The notes below the pieces were generated by a model. It was given only the letters and a program-made list of their open reading frames with translations, searched no databases and was not told where the DNA came from. A stretch of DNA of 64,000 nt from Rhodosorus marinus CCMP1338 (taxonomy: Eukaryota; Plantae; Rhodophyta), in NCBI GenBank assembly GCA_029953675.1, contig JAMWBK010000007.1:2148800-2212799 (forward strand), in the 5' to 3' direction. How positions within the stretch are numbered: position 1 is the first letter of the stretch; every line of letters starts with the position of its first letter. The translations under genes and the position numbers were made by a program. Positions 14,346 through 27,955 of the stretch are shown in pieces.

Positions 14346-14792
14346 CTACTGTTTCAACATCTCTTTCGTCAGCCATGACAACAGTTGGTGTTCAACCCCC
14401 CCCGGTTCCACGAGAAACCGCTTCCTAGCGTAGATACTGGTATGGGCAGTAGATAAACGATAAGTGCTAAATTTCCACGAGCACTGGATTGCTAAAAACG
14501 CCCTGCGAGGGGGATTGCGTGGAAAATTCAATATGTGTAAGCTCGTTTCTACATAGTTTCTACGTAATTCCGGGCCCATTTCTGAGGAATCTATCTGAAT
14601 CACTGCCTGCAGCAGGGTAGCAACATTGTCAGAAAACCTGGAATCCTGGTTCCCTAGATCAATTTCGAAGAATGCTCGTTTTGCCACACTGCTAGTTGTG
14701 AACGCGATCTCGGCGTTCACATATAATGCTTGTAAACATATCAAAACTACAATACGCTTCATAAACAAGAAGAAAATTGACACCCTTCTCAT
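14346..14792 (-). CDS. Hypothetical protein with possible signal peptide
   Basis: 148-aa ORF; MKRIVVLICLQALYVNA looks like a signal peptide; no domain recognised. Confidence 0.25.
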   Translation of the reverse strand: MRRVSIFFLFMKRIVVLICLQALYVNAEIAFTTSSVAKRAFFEIDLGNQDSRFSDNVATLLQAVIQIDSSEMGPELRRNYVETSLHILNFPRNPPRRAFLAIQCSWKFSTYRLSTAHTSIYARKRFLVEPGGVEHQLLSWLTKEMLKQ

Positions 14793-14840
14793 TCACAAGA
14801 GGCCGTAGCAATAGCTGCCCTGAGCACTAATCGCGAGTAC

Positions 14841-14915
14841 TTCGCCGCGCTTAGTCTTTTTTTCCCCTCGGGGTTTTTTTTTTTTTCAGCCTCCGATTAA
14901 ACCATTCATTCAATG
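14841..14915 (+). repeat. Dispersed ~75-bp AT-rich repeat, copy 1
   Basis: TTCG[C/G]CGCGCTTA..T-tract..TTCAGCCTCCGATTAAAC[C/AA]ATTCATTCAATG shared with 25414-25489. Confidence 0.75.
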
Positions 14916-15928
14916 TGATTCAAATCAATTAAGAATAAGGAGAACGCTTGAGCGTCGACACATATAGGGTTTATCGCCATTACCCTAAACGGCCCCACAA
15001 AGCCGTTAAGCTGAGCGTCCATCTCAGTTTTTTTTGGAGAAATTTGAATTTGCCGTCGGAATCGTGGTCCTCTAACAAGTTCATTTTTTCTGTATGTTTT
15101 TCACCTACGGGACCTAAGCGCAATAAAATTTCAAACCAAAGCATAAATATTTTCCGCGGTGAGGATTATCGGCAAGAGCCGCTGTTCAGCTCGCAATCCT
15201 TGGTTGCCCCAATTCGAGGAAATACGCAAAGGGACGCGGTGCTCGAGCCAGTGAATGTACGAATATCTGATAGTTCCCAACAGCAACTTCAAAAAAAAAC
15301 AACAATTTCAACCTCGGAAACAAGGCAAATGGAGTAACTACGCTTATACTCAGAACAATTGATTTTGGACACGCGTCAGACCATGATTCATAGGAATTCG
15401 TTGGCGTTTCACCCAGACAGAGTATAATTGGATCAACGCATTCAGTTGGAGGTTGTACTCGTCTGGTCTTGATGTGAAGGAAGAATTCGTCAAGCCATTG
15501 TTTTTAAGAAATAAATTGCTCAGAAGACAATTCATTATGATATTCAATTAATTTTGATCGAGAGCTGGACCGGAAAGCGTCAAGCAAACGAAATACTCTG
15601 CTCCAAGGGGTTCCCTTGAATATGTAATATTTTACGAGCGCGTCTTGGGGAAAGAACCATTCAGTCATGTTCTTTTTCTCATGCTTCGGGAATTTTTTTC
15701 TTTCAAGAGTCTAGAAGATGACGATCTCTGATTCAAACGGACCCAACGAGGCGAGAGGAGCTCGCTTCGAGAAGCCTACATAAAGGGGATTTGATGCTGC
15801 ACACCGGAGAAAGAGGAGATAGATCCAAAAGAGTAAGTATACAGATTCAAGAGAGTTGAAGCTGAGGAGCAGAGAGTGAAAGGAAAAACTACGCTGTAGC
15901 AGAAAAACTAGGGTTTCCGGATCAGGAT

Positions 15929-16483
15929 ATGTCATTGCTGTTTATGAGTGATTTAGTAGCTGTTGACCTGGAGAATCAACTTCTGGCATCGTTCGCAGAG
16001 GGCGGGCCGGCGTTTGCGCCGGTAGACTTGGATCTTATTGCCCCGGAAGAGTTGGAAGTTGAGAACTCCCTGTGGTCCACTGAGAGTGCTTCGCTTAGCG
16101 AAAGCTCGCATTGCAGCGATGATGGTGACTTTCTCGAAAAGTTCCTCGCTGAGATCGAGCCTGAAATCCCAGTTGTCAAGGTGGAACCTGAGACGGTAAA
16201 GCCTGTTGAGGTTGTCCGCCCATCGAACGCAATGGCAACATGCCCAATCTGCCATTCGAACTTTTTCCGCAAGTACGAGATGATCAGGCATCTGAAAGCT
16301 ACTCATTATCGCATCCGCCCTCACCAATGTAAATACTGCAAAAAATCGTTCGCGCGAACATGCCACCTCAACGTGCACATAAAAAACGTACATATGAAAC
16401 GCGATAAGAAGAAGAGGCAAACGAAGAAACAGAAGACAGAACCAACTATAACTGGCTTCCGGGAGAACGGAACCCTGTTGTAA
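15929..16483 (+). CDS. C2H2 zinc-finger protein (two fingers), likely transcription factor
   Basis: CPICHSNFFRKYEMIRHLKATH-YRIRPHQ-CKYCKKSFARTCHLNVHIKNVH, acidic N-terminus, basic NLS-like C-terminus. Confidence 0.85.
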   Translation: MSLLFMSDLVAVDLENQLLASFAEGGPAFAPVDLDLIAPEELEVENSLWSTESASLSESSHCSDDGDFLEKFLAEIEPEIPVVKVEPETVKPVEVVRPSNAMATCPICHSNFFRKYEMIRHLKATHYRIRPHQCKYCKKSFARTCHLNVHIKNVHMKRDKKKRQTKKQKTEPTITGFRENGTLL

Positions 16484-19225
16484 CTTGTATACCAACTTAA
16501 TAAAACTATCCGAAGTTGAAATGAAACAGATTTTCGGGAACGTCCCTTGCCCTCCTTATCACAACATACCTGAGCACGTCAATCAAAAATCTTGAGTTCT
16601 CGAGAAGGACGCGGGATCCTCCACCGGATTAGAAGAGGAGCAAAAGCATACACAGACGAGAACACAAAGTTCAGTTCCTCAGCACGGTCGTACAGTCTGC
16701 TGCCTGTTCCGATTTCCCTCTGGGAGCAGAGTTGTTCCAACTCGGGGTTGGCAGACAGTCGGCTTTTCTCAAGACCATTCAGCCGTTTTGCTAGAGCTGC
16801 ATAGATACCTAGAGGTTTGCGCTCCTTGCCTACGCTGTTCTTTGGAAAACAAACAAGCACTCGCCGCTGTCCACGACCAGCCTTTCCCTTGCATACTGCA
16901 TTCTACAAACGATTGTGTGCTGACTGAGACTACCTTTCTCTGTGGCGTAGAAGAGGCGCGTGGGTATAACAGATGAAATGGAACAACCGAATCCCTGTGA
17001 CCAACCAATCACAGCTACGGCGGGATGAAAGGTTCAGTACCCGTTTTCTTTGAGTTCGGATCAACTTTGATCATCTTCTACTTCAAATTGGCTGCACAAA
17101 ATGATTGCTCCCTCACGATCAGTCAATATGTGCTTTGATATAGAATTGTGAAAAAAATGACCATCACGCAAGCTGTATTTTTCGATCTTTTAGGATCGCT
17201 CTTTTCCGTCTGTAGCGGATGCCAATCCATTGTACAGGGTTTTAACCAGGTAAAAACCGAAGTTTCCCTCTCAAATCCTTGTTTTTTTTGGCGATGACTT
17301 ACTTTTAGTAGTGTCGTACCCAGCGACAGGGCGTGGTTTCGGTCTCACACCCAGGTAGAGGTATGAACTAGAAGTAGTAGCACCGTCGTATGCATAGATA
17401 CCCGCATTACAATACCATAGTCACGGTCTCTTGCCAGCACACCCGAATTGATCAGGGAGCCTGTCTCCGTGGGGAGGCTGACTGGCCAGTATATTCAGAA
17501 TATTTCAAAGGCACGTGCATGATCACGATAAAAAAGTCGTTAGGTTTCGATACCCAAAGGGTTGCCCCTGTTTACTGTTTATCGAGCAGGGTAGGTCACC
17601 CGGTTGACCCTAATCTAGACTAAAGATTTGACTTTCTAGCAAAAAGTTTGTAAAGTAAGCCTATGCTCGGGCGTTTCATGTTACAGCCTCATTTCCGAAA
17701 CGAATTTGGCGAATATGGCAGGAAATCAAAGACATCATGGTGTTAACTGTGGATATGCTTGCCCTAGATATTTCTCAATTTTTGGGACATGTAGACGTTA
17801 TCTGTTCGAATGGGACCCCTTTGTCATGGAAATGGCGTTTCCTGAAACGTCCAGAACTGACGTTTGTCCCCGGCCAAACTATTCTCAAATTCACCTTTGT
17901 CTTCTACCTAACCTGATAATCCTCTGCAGCGCAATGCTTCTCTTAACATCCTTCCAATACCCGAAAAGAATTGTGGTTGGAGTTTGCGCAGTGTCCGGTG
18001 TGATACTCCTCGCCAAACTGGTCCTCCACCAATTCTTTCAAAAGCTGAAAGCGTTCAGAGTAGTTGAAAGAACAAGACGTTCGGGTACTGTGGTTTCGCG
18101 ATATCCCCTTGGTTGATTCACAGGATAGTCAGCAGTGCAAAGCAAGAATGGAGACCTTGAAAAAGTATTTGCAAAGCAAAGTACAAAACGGACTCCGGCG
18201 ACTCTGAGTTAAACCGCTCGGTTTGGATATGGATGAGCGTTTCTGAGCTAAGCCGAGGTCAACACTGACAACCATAGCCCCACAAAGGCGCGAAACATGG
18301 GTTTAAGCCTGCCCTGGTCATTAATATTACACTCCGAAATAAACCAAATTAAAGATCCGAGTGACGGGCGCACCCCACAGCTGAATATTGACACCGTAAC
18401 TGACATCGATTAAACCAATTCATTCAACTAGACGAACGCACTTGCCTTGACACCTATTGTGGGCCAATCAATTTTGGGGTCACTTAGAATGGGAATCAAA
18501 TTTTAAAGCGAAATATTTGCCAATTTTTACATGCCGAACTAGCCAATGATATGCAGTCGGAGAAATAGTATCCTTTCAGCCAAAAAGCAGGTAAAACAGG
18601 TGGACAGACCCCCCTGGCAGCAGAGGTTGTTTTTCTCTTCTTGTCGATGAGAAAAAGCACGTTCGATAATGTGGTCAAGATGGCCTTCTCCCAAAGCAAA
18701 GTTTCCCCGTTTGTGCTGATCTGAGTGTTAATTGCCACCACCTCGGCGGCAACGTGAACGGCATCCTTCCTCTTGTGCCCCTCCAGGACTAAACCCCAGC
18801 CTAACGAAGCTTTTTGCGTTGGAGACGGAGTGCGCGTTTTGGGGCTGAGGCTTGATTGCTTATGTAGTTTCTTGTGGATAGGTGAGTGAGCAATTGAGCG
18901 AAGGGTGTTCAATTTCTTTTTTTTTTGGAAGGCCTTGGATGTTTCTACGATGATCAAGTACAGGGGCTGGTGAGCAAGTCGCGTTCTTCTTGTTTCCTGT
19001 TAAATGGGATGGGTGAATGAAACGCGAAATGACAGTTGGGCTGGGGAGGTGGGGGACCTAGGTGTGAATGGAGCGCAGTGAGGATCAAAGTGTCGTGGTG
19101 TGATATCCGTTTGCTAGGAGGTAGGTGGCTTGGTTTTGAAAACGGTGAGATGCGCTTAGGGGTAGCGACTGCTAGTGCTAGGTAGCAGCCTTTGCCTTCG
19201 AGCAGGGTCGGAAAAAAAGTTGAGT

Positions 19226-20778
19226 ATGGAGATTGGGAAAGGGGGAGGTTCCTCCGTGAATATCAATGCATCCTGGCTGTTTTTGAGCTTGATGTATTTG
19301 GTTCAAGGGATTCCGCTTGGCCTGGCCGCAGGGAGTGTTTCATATTTGTTGAAGAGCTCTATGACATACTCCGAGGTCGCAATTTTCTCTTTTGCAACTT
19401 GGCCATATGCGTTGAAGCTTTTTTGGAGTCCAGTGGTTGATGGGTTCTACTGGTCCAAACTGGGAAGGAGGCGCAGTTGGATTCTGCCGGTGCAGATACT
19501 TATAGGTCTCACAATGATTTATATTTCGCAATGGATAGATTGCTACTTGCCTGGCGAAGAGTGCTCGACACAAGGTCCTCGTCCTGAGGCACCTGGTATC
19601 CGGTTCATTACCTTTTGGTTCTTCATTTTGGTGCTTCTTAGCGCAACTCAGGATATCGCTTTGGACGGGTGGGCACTAGAGTTGTTGCCCGAGAGTGACA
19701 GGCACCTCGCATCAAGTGCACAAACGATGGGGCTTACTGGTGGTTTCTTTCTGTCCTTTACGGTACTGCTCTCACTATCTTCTAGAGCTTTTGTACGCGA
19801 ATGGCTCCCTTTTCTAGAGGGTCCGCCCATAACTATCTCCGGTTACATTCGATACGCCGGCATTGCTGCAGCAACTATGAGCGTTTTCGTGCTTCTCGTG
19901 CCTGAGTATCCGCCAACGGAAGAACTGGATGTCATGGACGTGTACAGGAAGCTTGTCTCGGTCGTTATCTCTCGGCGGGATTTGCTGCTTGTTCTTCTTG
20001 TACATAAGTTGGGATTTGTTGCGAACGATGCTGCATCAAGCTTGCTATTGCTGGAGAGAGGCTTTAGAAGAGAGGACTTCGCGCTGACAGCAATGTTGGA
20101 CTTCCCCGTACAGCTTGTTGTCGGGCTTATAGTGACACGCTGGTCAAAGAAGCGGAACCCAGTCCAACCGTGGGTTACTGGACAACTTATGCGACTTGCT
20201 CTGTGCTTTATCATGAACGTATTTATTTATTATGCAGTTGGAAGAACCTCCGGGCTGGAAGCTTTCTTTCCGTTGGTGGTCTCCTTGTCCATTCTTACAA
20301 GCGTAGCTGGCACAGTCATGTTCATATCTCAAGGGGCATTTTTCGCTGTAATATCTGATTCAGCGATAGGCGGCAGTTATCAAACGCTGCTCAACACGGT
20401 AAGCGAGAGCAGAAATGACCCACCGGATATGGCCTGGTTTGAATGGAATCAGCGCCTTGGTTATAGCTCTACTTGTTTGACCCTTGTTTTGCTGATGCGA
20501 ATATCATTGCTTCGTTTCTTTTCGTTCATGGCTGGCAGTTTTCGAACTTTGGTGGGACCTGGCCGAAGTTCTTTGTCCTCCGGGCCATTGATTACTTTAA
20601 CGTTGAGGTTTGCGACAGTATGAGCAACTGCGTGCGTACTCGGGAGGGTTATGTTCCCGTCTCGTTTGCGACTGTGTCCCTTGGTGCTTTATTGTTCGCT
20701 TTTTTGGTGAGGCCAAGAATTCAGGATCTCGTGCAGAGCAACAGGAATAGCGCCGTCGCGAAAGACAAGATGTCATAG
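19226..20778 (+). CDS. SLC33A1: Acetyl-CoA transporter (SLC33A1/AT-1 family, MFS)
   Basis: LMYLVQGIPLGL, WPYALKLFWSPVVD, GRRRSWILPVQ, LSATQDIALDGWAL, GGSYQTLLNT | FSNFGGTWPK; intron 20399-20538. Confidence 0.9.
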
Positions 20779-21838
20779 ATTTTTGCACTGGATCGACCGA
20801 TTCCGTATCATTGTCGAAGTCGAGGGAATTGGCTGCTTAAGCTCTTGGATATCTTTTGTCCAAGTCATAGAGGTTGACCATGGTGAGCAGTAGTAGGGAG
20901 TAGATTATTAAAATCATGAACTCGTGGCTAGCAAGGAACAACCCGACTCTACCAACCCGTATGGTCTGGCTGGCTTCGCCGGACCTGAGACCATCTCGAA
21001 CTGAGGAACAGGTTTTTCTAAAAGGAATTCTCAAGCTGAAGAAAGAAATCCGATTCCTGCCTATCAGCCGTTTCGAGTACATACTCAGTCACACGCTACA
21101 TACGGAGTCCAGCATGCCTGTACTGTCGTTTGAAAGTTTAGCTCATCCAAGAACTGTTTGCGCAAACTAATCACCTCATCCCTGTGGCGGGGACGGGAAA
21201 GATTTTCAGCGAATTTCGATCTGCAATTCCGAGTTGAGCGCTCCATAAAGGTTGACTGAAATAATGACTGCTTGTTCTACCTATTCACCATTGGCTTATG
21301 AGAACACGTGCTAAATGATAATTAGATGAATTGAACTTTCGAAATATTTTCAAAAACGAAGAAACTCCGGTTGAAAAAACGCCCCCTTTCGCCGTCGGCG
21401 TCGCCAAGACAGGCTGTCAACAACCCACAACCCCCAATTGAGGGAACAAGTTCTTCTTTTGAAGGGGGGGGTTAGCTAACTATACCACAATACAAAATAA
21501 TAACTTTCGCTACTTTTATGAGTTTCCAGGCAGTCTTTTCCAGTCACTGTATACCCTACATGAAATCAAAGGAAATCTATTGCATCAAATGTAGAAGCCG
21601 ATTTCTGCGTTTTCGAGGTAGATTGTAGTTTTCGGTTTTTGCTTTTATTTTCGTGTTTGCCGTCGGTGTCGACGCCCTCTGACGCCGCAAAAGGCTTTGA
21701 CTCTTGTGTGAGAGGCGAAGTCCGAGCGACGAAGTTGCTGGTTGCGGGTGGGGTTGCTTGTGGAGGTTGTTTGAGATACGGATAGGAGGCTGGGATAGGG
21801 TTGTGCGTTCTTTTGGTCCAGGGACTGGAGGGTTAGAG

Positions 21839-22805
21839 ATGAAGACGCTTTTGAGCACGGGGTTTCTTCCCCTCCCTGAGGGAGGTAAGTTTCGCTGTCA
21901 AAAAGGAATATTCGCCATTGGTGTGGGTGACTTTTTTTTTATTTTTATTTGTTTGGTCGTGCCTTGACCGTGCTCTTTGCTGTGGAGGTCATGCTCGGGC
22001 ACTCTTGAGCTTAGGTGGAAAATTTTAACCTGGCCATTTGTCTCTCGTGTTGAACATTTGTTGTGGCGCGAGGATGATGAGTTTTTGACGTTTTGTTTTC
22101 TGCCTTGGTGCCTTTAGTAACTGTGGAGGTGCATTCTCGAATAGTCGAGGTCACCGGACCTCGTGGGACGCTGAGTCGCGACATGCGCCACATGAACTTG
22201 CAAGTTCGCAAAGTTGAAGGCGGGGAGAAAATTCGTGTAGATATTTGGCACGGGAAGCGGAAGCACGTTGCGGCGATGAACACTATCTTGTCCACCATTC
22301 AGAATCTTATTACGGGCGTTACGAAGGGTTACAGATACAAGATGCGTTTTGTCTATGCGCATTTTCCGATTAATGTGAACGTCGCCGATGATAAGCAGTC
22401 TGTCGAGATTAACAATTTCCTTGGAGAGAAGCGCGTGCGTAAGGTGGCGATGCTGAAGGATGTAACATGTATGAGAACCTCGACGAAGGATGAGCTCGCG
22501 TTGGAAGGAAATGACTTGCAGCTAGTGTCTCAGTCAGGTGAGGGTTTGCGCACTAAAGTTCTAGTTATTTGTAGTGAAGCGTGGAGTGGTCAATGTCCTT
22601 CTGCGCAGTGACTCAGTGTGCACCGCGCCTTGTTTGATCTGTGTTCGCCTTGGATTGGATGATGGTCTAACTTCACGCTTTCTTTGATATCCCCGACGCA
22701 GCCGCACTCGTACATCAGTCTTGCTTGGTGAAGAATAAGGATATCCGCAAGTTTTTGGACGGCATTTACGTTTCTGAGAAAGGATACGTAGGGGAGGAAG
22801 ACTAA
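21839..22805 (+). CDS. RPL9: 60S ribosomal protein L9 (uL6), 3 exons
   Basis: [15 protein letters not shown] | [19 protein letters not shown]...[17 protein letters not shown]...NFLGEKRVR | [18 protein letters not shown]; introns 21885-22117 and 22538-22701. Confidence 0.95.
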
Positions 22806-23236
22806 ACTAAATATCTTATCCTACTTTGCTTGTCTCCTGGGAATTTCATCAGCTCCTGCCATGTAATCTATACTAGTACTAGATTTGACCTCATGTTTTT
22901 CAACATGCATCATTGAGGGTTTCTGTTGACAGTCCCTGGATCTTGTTGCTGGCGAAGGCCATGATACAAAAGCGCGGAACGGATAGCGATTGGTATACCC
23001 CACAACCATGTCTTCCTTCGATGTGTTCGTCGCGAGCGCGTCACAGAGGGTTTCCGTGGCCACAAGTTGATAGTATTTTGTACGCGAGCTACTAGAATCC
23101 CGCAGGTCGTCAACTGCGTTCCATTTAGGGTGTCCTAGAGCAATTAACAATCGAAGCGTGGGCGTTCATAGTAGTTCGCAGTGTGATTTGCACTCTTATA
23201 AATAGGGACGTCGATTGGTTTTGCCTATCTAGTGCA

Positions 23237-24142
23237 TCACTTGCTGACGGTGAACAGCATGAACGGTGCGAGCCAGTGAATGCTTTCCATAACCCACAAA
23301 CGCCCGGAGAAGATGGACTTCAGATCGTTAAGATAAAGAGGCCGGTACAGGTAGTAAGCAGTGAAGCTCGTGAGGTACCGTGAGAGCAGGAAAATATTGT
23401 TCAGTCCGCCATACAAAGTCTGCAAACAAAGGGCGGGACGTTAGCAATTGTCAAGACTTTCATGACCTTCAAAGCCCGATTCTAAGAGACGACGCGCGCT
23501 GCCAATTGTACGGGATCATTCGTGGGTTACGATGTACAGAAAAAGTTAAGGGTATCAAGATACCTGATGTAGGATCACCTTCCCCGCAGGCTTTACGTGA
23601 CTGAGGCACATGTCTACACAGTCCCTGCGTTCCTCAGTAGCTGATCAATGAACACAAAAGTGGTCAATAAGTTAGACCTATTAGCTATTCGCACTCGATC
23701 TCATAACGGGACCAGAAGCAACTTACTTGGGAAGACCACTAGAGTAGTAATACACAAGCAGCAGTTGTACTCACTCTGGCTTGCGTGACTCAGATATTCT
23801 ACTCTGACCTTGACTTGGTTCTCCAATCCCTCCTTGGCGATCTCCAACTCAAGGAGTTTCGCTGCCTGTGCATCCGGCTCAACGCAAACTGGTACGACGG
23901 GAATTGTTGACGATCAGAAGATTATCTCGATTTGAGGGATCTAAGCAGCGAGAGTTACCTATTGACAAATTTTTCTCCAATATTATATCCTTGTTCCTAA
24001 GCAGTGCAAAACCGTCTCCAGTACCCACGTCCAAAACCTTCCACCCTGATTGACATCGTTTGAACGCCTCCTTGTAGCCTAAGGTTGTCTGACCAGCCCC
24101 GATCAGCAACCTATAAATCAATCCCGACATGTGAACAAGCAA
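23237..24142 (-). CDS. Class I SAM-dependent methyltransferase, multi-exon, boundaries approximate
   Basis: Motif I WKVLDVGTGDGFALL; downstream protein-like exons (AKLLELEIAKEGLENQVKV; TLYGGLNNIFLLSRYL) with a gctaac...tttgcag intron signal. Confidence 0.5.
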
Positions 24143-25413
24143 GAGGAACCCAAAAGTAAACTAAAAGACTGAAACGCGCTCCGCACAGGTTCTTGTGAAT
24201 AACCTCAACAACCTCGAGTGCAGCTGGAAAAACCTTGCATGCCCTGCACAACACGCGAGACTCTCGGCGCAATTTACGTCTCAGCGATATGTCAACGCAC
24301 GACTCTCGAAGTGGCAGAAAAATTCAGGAGAAGGGTGGCTCTCGATGTGGTAGGCATCACCTCACAATCCGAACCAAAAAAAAACACCGATAGCGTCCGA
24401 TAAAAGCTAATAGGACCCGCAATTGCGTAATAATTAGGCCATCGACCTCTTGCTGGCGTCCGATGCATGTTTATAGGACTTGAATAAGCAAGAAAAATAC
24501 TCTGCTCGTCCGATAACCTTCCAAATCGATATTCTTCAATCAACGATGAATATTGATTGACTGATTGAATATCAATCTTCTTCATCAGGGACACGTACAA
24601 AGAGGTACGATGTGAACAGTTTACCGCCGATAATCATATTATTACCCCTCCCATCGGAACAACCGAAAAAACCACTAGATTGTGCTCAGTGCTTGGAAAT
24701 TCGATAAATTTAATTCTACTGAATTGGTTAATAATTTGGACATACACCCACTGGCAGATTTATTGATAATTCATGATTAGCATATTGCAGGATCGTTTGA
24801 GGAATCGAGATGCATTAATAATTCTAAACAAATTCATTCGATAATTCCGAAGTCCAAAGGGGAAGGTTGGTAGAGAGATAGGAAACAAGAGGAGAGGACG
24901 TTTCGGGAAAACAGATTCTTGGGACTTGAGACAGTTCAAGTGGGAAGATTTGTTGATTGCTTGGTGATTGAGCTTTTCTTTAAACACCACCGCGCAGAGA
25001 GGCACGTTCTAGCGCAAAGGATCGAAGTTGCTGACCAAGCTTCGTCTGAGTCAAGCTCTTGAGGTGAAGCCGGAACGGTTGGGATTTTATTTTTCGATTT
25101 AGAGTACGTAAAAAGTTTGGGGTTTTTACTAAGACCACTCGTGGAACTCAGAAGTAATCTTAATTCAATACATGAGAGACAGCTTGTCATCGAGAAGTAA
25201 ACATAATTCAATATACGTACCAAAGATGATTGACTATTGTACTAGCCGTGATTCAATATCGGACAGAAAACAGACTTGTTTTTGAATAATATAGATTAGA
25301 CACACAAGTTTTCTAATGTCGTTCAATAGTCTATCCGAAGAAAGTTTATTGGACGCGTCCGATAACCGCGCTATCGGACGGCCTATGACAACCCTAATGA
25401 TGGTACGAGGATC

Positions 25414-25489
25414 TTCGGCGCGCTTATTTTTTAGCCTTTTTTTTTCTCTCGGCGGCTTTCAGCCTCCGATTAAACAAATTCATTCAATG
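25414..25489 (+). repeat. Dispersed ~75-bp AT-rich repeat, copy 2
   Basis: Homologous to 14841-14915. Confidence 0.75.
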
Positions 25490-27955
25490 ATGGTACACGG
25501 GATCGCAGAGAAGAAAACCAGGTGTTCTCTGGTTTTCGAGTCCTTAACAAATTCGTTCAATGATTCAATGACAGTATTGATTCAATGATGGCCAACCAAG
25601 CTGAAACGAATCTTCACCGTTCAGCATATCCAATAAATACATAATAAAACAAACCTGCGGAATATGCAGAAATATGTAATAAGAAATTTTTCTTGGGTAT
25701 CAATCATTCGTTGAAAAAGCACAATTCAATGGCGAATCGAACACATTTGAGCGGCACCAGTTTTTCTTCCGTTCCCAGTTTGAAGATCATTGGCTCCTCC
25801 GTCAAGCACGAAATCCAACTGACCTTCATCGCGAGATTTCTGACAACGTGCGCATATTGGTAGGTGGTCTGCTTCTTGTGCTGGATTTTGTTTCGTGATC
25901 GCGGATGCGTCCGCGGTTCTGGGTTTATCCGCTGTCTTTACGCTTGGGGTTAACGTTACGGGTTAACCCCGGAGCCAGTATGCCAGAACTTGCGTGGTGG
26001 ATTTGCTCATCAAACTATCCGCGTTGTTCTGGCTTCCACAGCTCAAATTTTGTCTCCGCTGCTAATGATGAAGTCCCCTTACCCCCTCCTACATCGATTG
26101 GAAGGAATTCTTTCAGCAGGTCTGGTCTGGTCGGCTATAGGAGCAAATTAACTCCCATCCGCCTGCATCGGTGTTTAGGTGCATGGTTGCCTCCCTTGGC
26201 GCAGAACGAGAAGCCGCGGACTTCCCCTCTGATAGACATGAAGCGAGTCTCAGTTTGAGTTCAATAGTTCCGCTCGCTTGGTTTTTTGAATAAATTTAAA
26301 AGCATTCGAGTGCCATGGCGATTGCTGTTGTAGATGTTCCTTCGTGGGATGTTTCTTCAGATTGATTTGGGTACCAAGAGCGACAGCTGGGCAAGAGGCC
26401 CAAGTACATTGGTCGGCACCACAAGCACAAGCAACCTAACTTTTGCAGTCGAGCTCTTGGCGGAGCGTGTTCCTGTCACTTTCAAACATGTATCTACGAC
26501 GTCGGTTTCCGCTATCACCACTTGAGTGTTCAAAATTTCTGAGCAATTAACAGGCCCCCCCTTTTAAGAATCAAGTCGTGCCAATACTTCCGCTGACTTC
26601 CATCCCCGCAAGTAGTAAACGACGATCCTTGCCCCAAAGGCAGAAGAGCTTTAAACATGGTCTTAAGATAAAGGTCTAATCCCCTCCCAGCAGACCCTAC
26701 TTTCCACTGCAGGAATGCAGCTTCTCCCGAACCTTTCGCTGGGCGCTGGATGCAGGCGTTGACGAGTCTCCAACGAAATTGTGCAACGAAGGCTTGCGCT
26801 ACCAGTTATCAGTATGGACGTGAGCTCCGAGGTTTCGCATTTAGTGGAGAAGCTCATCAGCAGCCCCAACGCCAGTAGATACTGCTGGGCAGAGCGTACC
26901 GTAGGATCCCCTATCAGATACAAACTCGATCTGTGCGTTTCCTCAAGCTTGCAAGAATTTCTGCTTCAAACGCAGGTGGAGTTGATTAGATAATCTGCAC
27001 TAGATCTGTCTGCAGAAGATTTGCTCGTGACTAAGTTGTTAGAGGTGATGGTGCTACCTAGGACAAATAGCCAGAACTGTTCAAGCGCTTTTTTACGAGA
27101 AGACCGTCTTACCATGTCACCAACCAATACGATGCCGAAGACTTCTCTCCGCCGTTGATAATGAAAAACAGACGAGGACAGGGCACCCTACCCTCTGCGA
27201 CATGAGAGTGAAGGAGCTAGTTCAACACTTTCTTATTTGCATCTGAAAGAGAACCCCGTGCCTGACCTTACAAACGTAACCCTAGGTGCACGGCCATGCG
27301 CTGGACCCAGTCTCGAAGCGCGGCACGTCAGTTCCCCCTGTCGTATTCGTATCTTATTGGAAAGTCTGTTTTTGGAAACTGATTCAATATCATGCAATTT
27401 CAGCATCCCCCACCCTAGTCCGCTTCTTTTCGCCCCCTGCCTGTTGTAATTTTGATATTAAACATATATACCCCGTCAACAATCCACCGGTTAGGACGTT
27501 TTTATTCTATTTATAAAAATAATTCGATTTTGATCTAAATGCCATAGAAGTACCCCCCAAGAGATTCCTTCCGAAACTTCATATTAATCTTCGACTCTGC
27601 AGTTGGTAGTAGGGAGTCCAGCTCTGTGGGGTTTGTACGAATAAAATGAAATCAATTTTTTTTGCCAGCGTCGGGGTATTTCTAGTTGGAGCCGCCAACT
27701 CACATCAAATGGCTGGGAATGGCATTGGCCTCTCAGCGCATTTTTTACGACGGCTAAAGTACATGACTACTAGCTCAGCCGGATCAGAAACTGGAGAGGG
27801 ATGGGACAAGGTATGAGAGGGAGGAGATAAGTCGTTTGGATGTTGATGATCTTTGAAGCACTCGGTTTGATGGTAGAGGTGGTTGGCGAGTCTCTCTTTT
27901 GAGGGAGGTGGATGTGCGTTGATGAACTTTTTTTTGGGTAGATTGCTGTTGAAGA

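Noticed and set aside
21885-22117. Possible intronic snoRNA in RPL9 (hairpin 21959-22002; ATGATGA near 22074)
   Set aside because: No complete C/D or H/ACA box set in the correct positions
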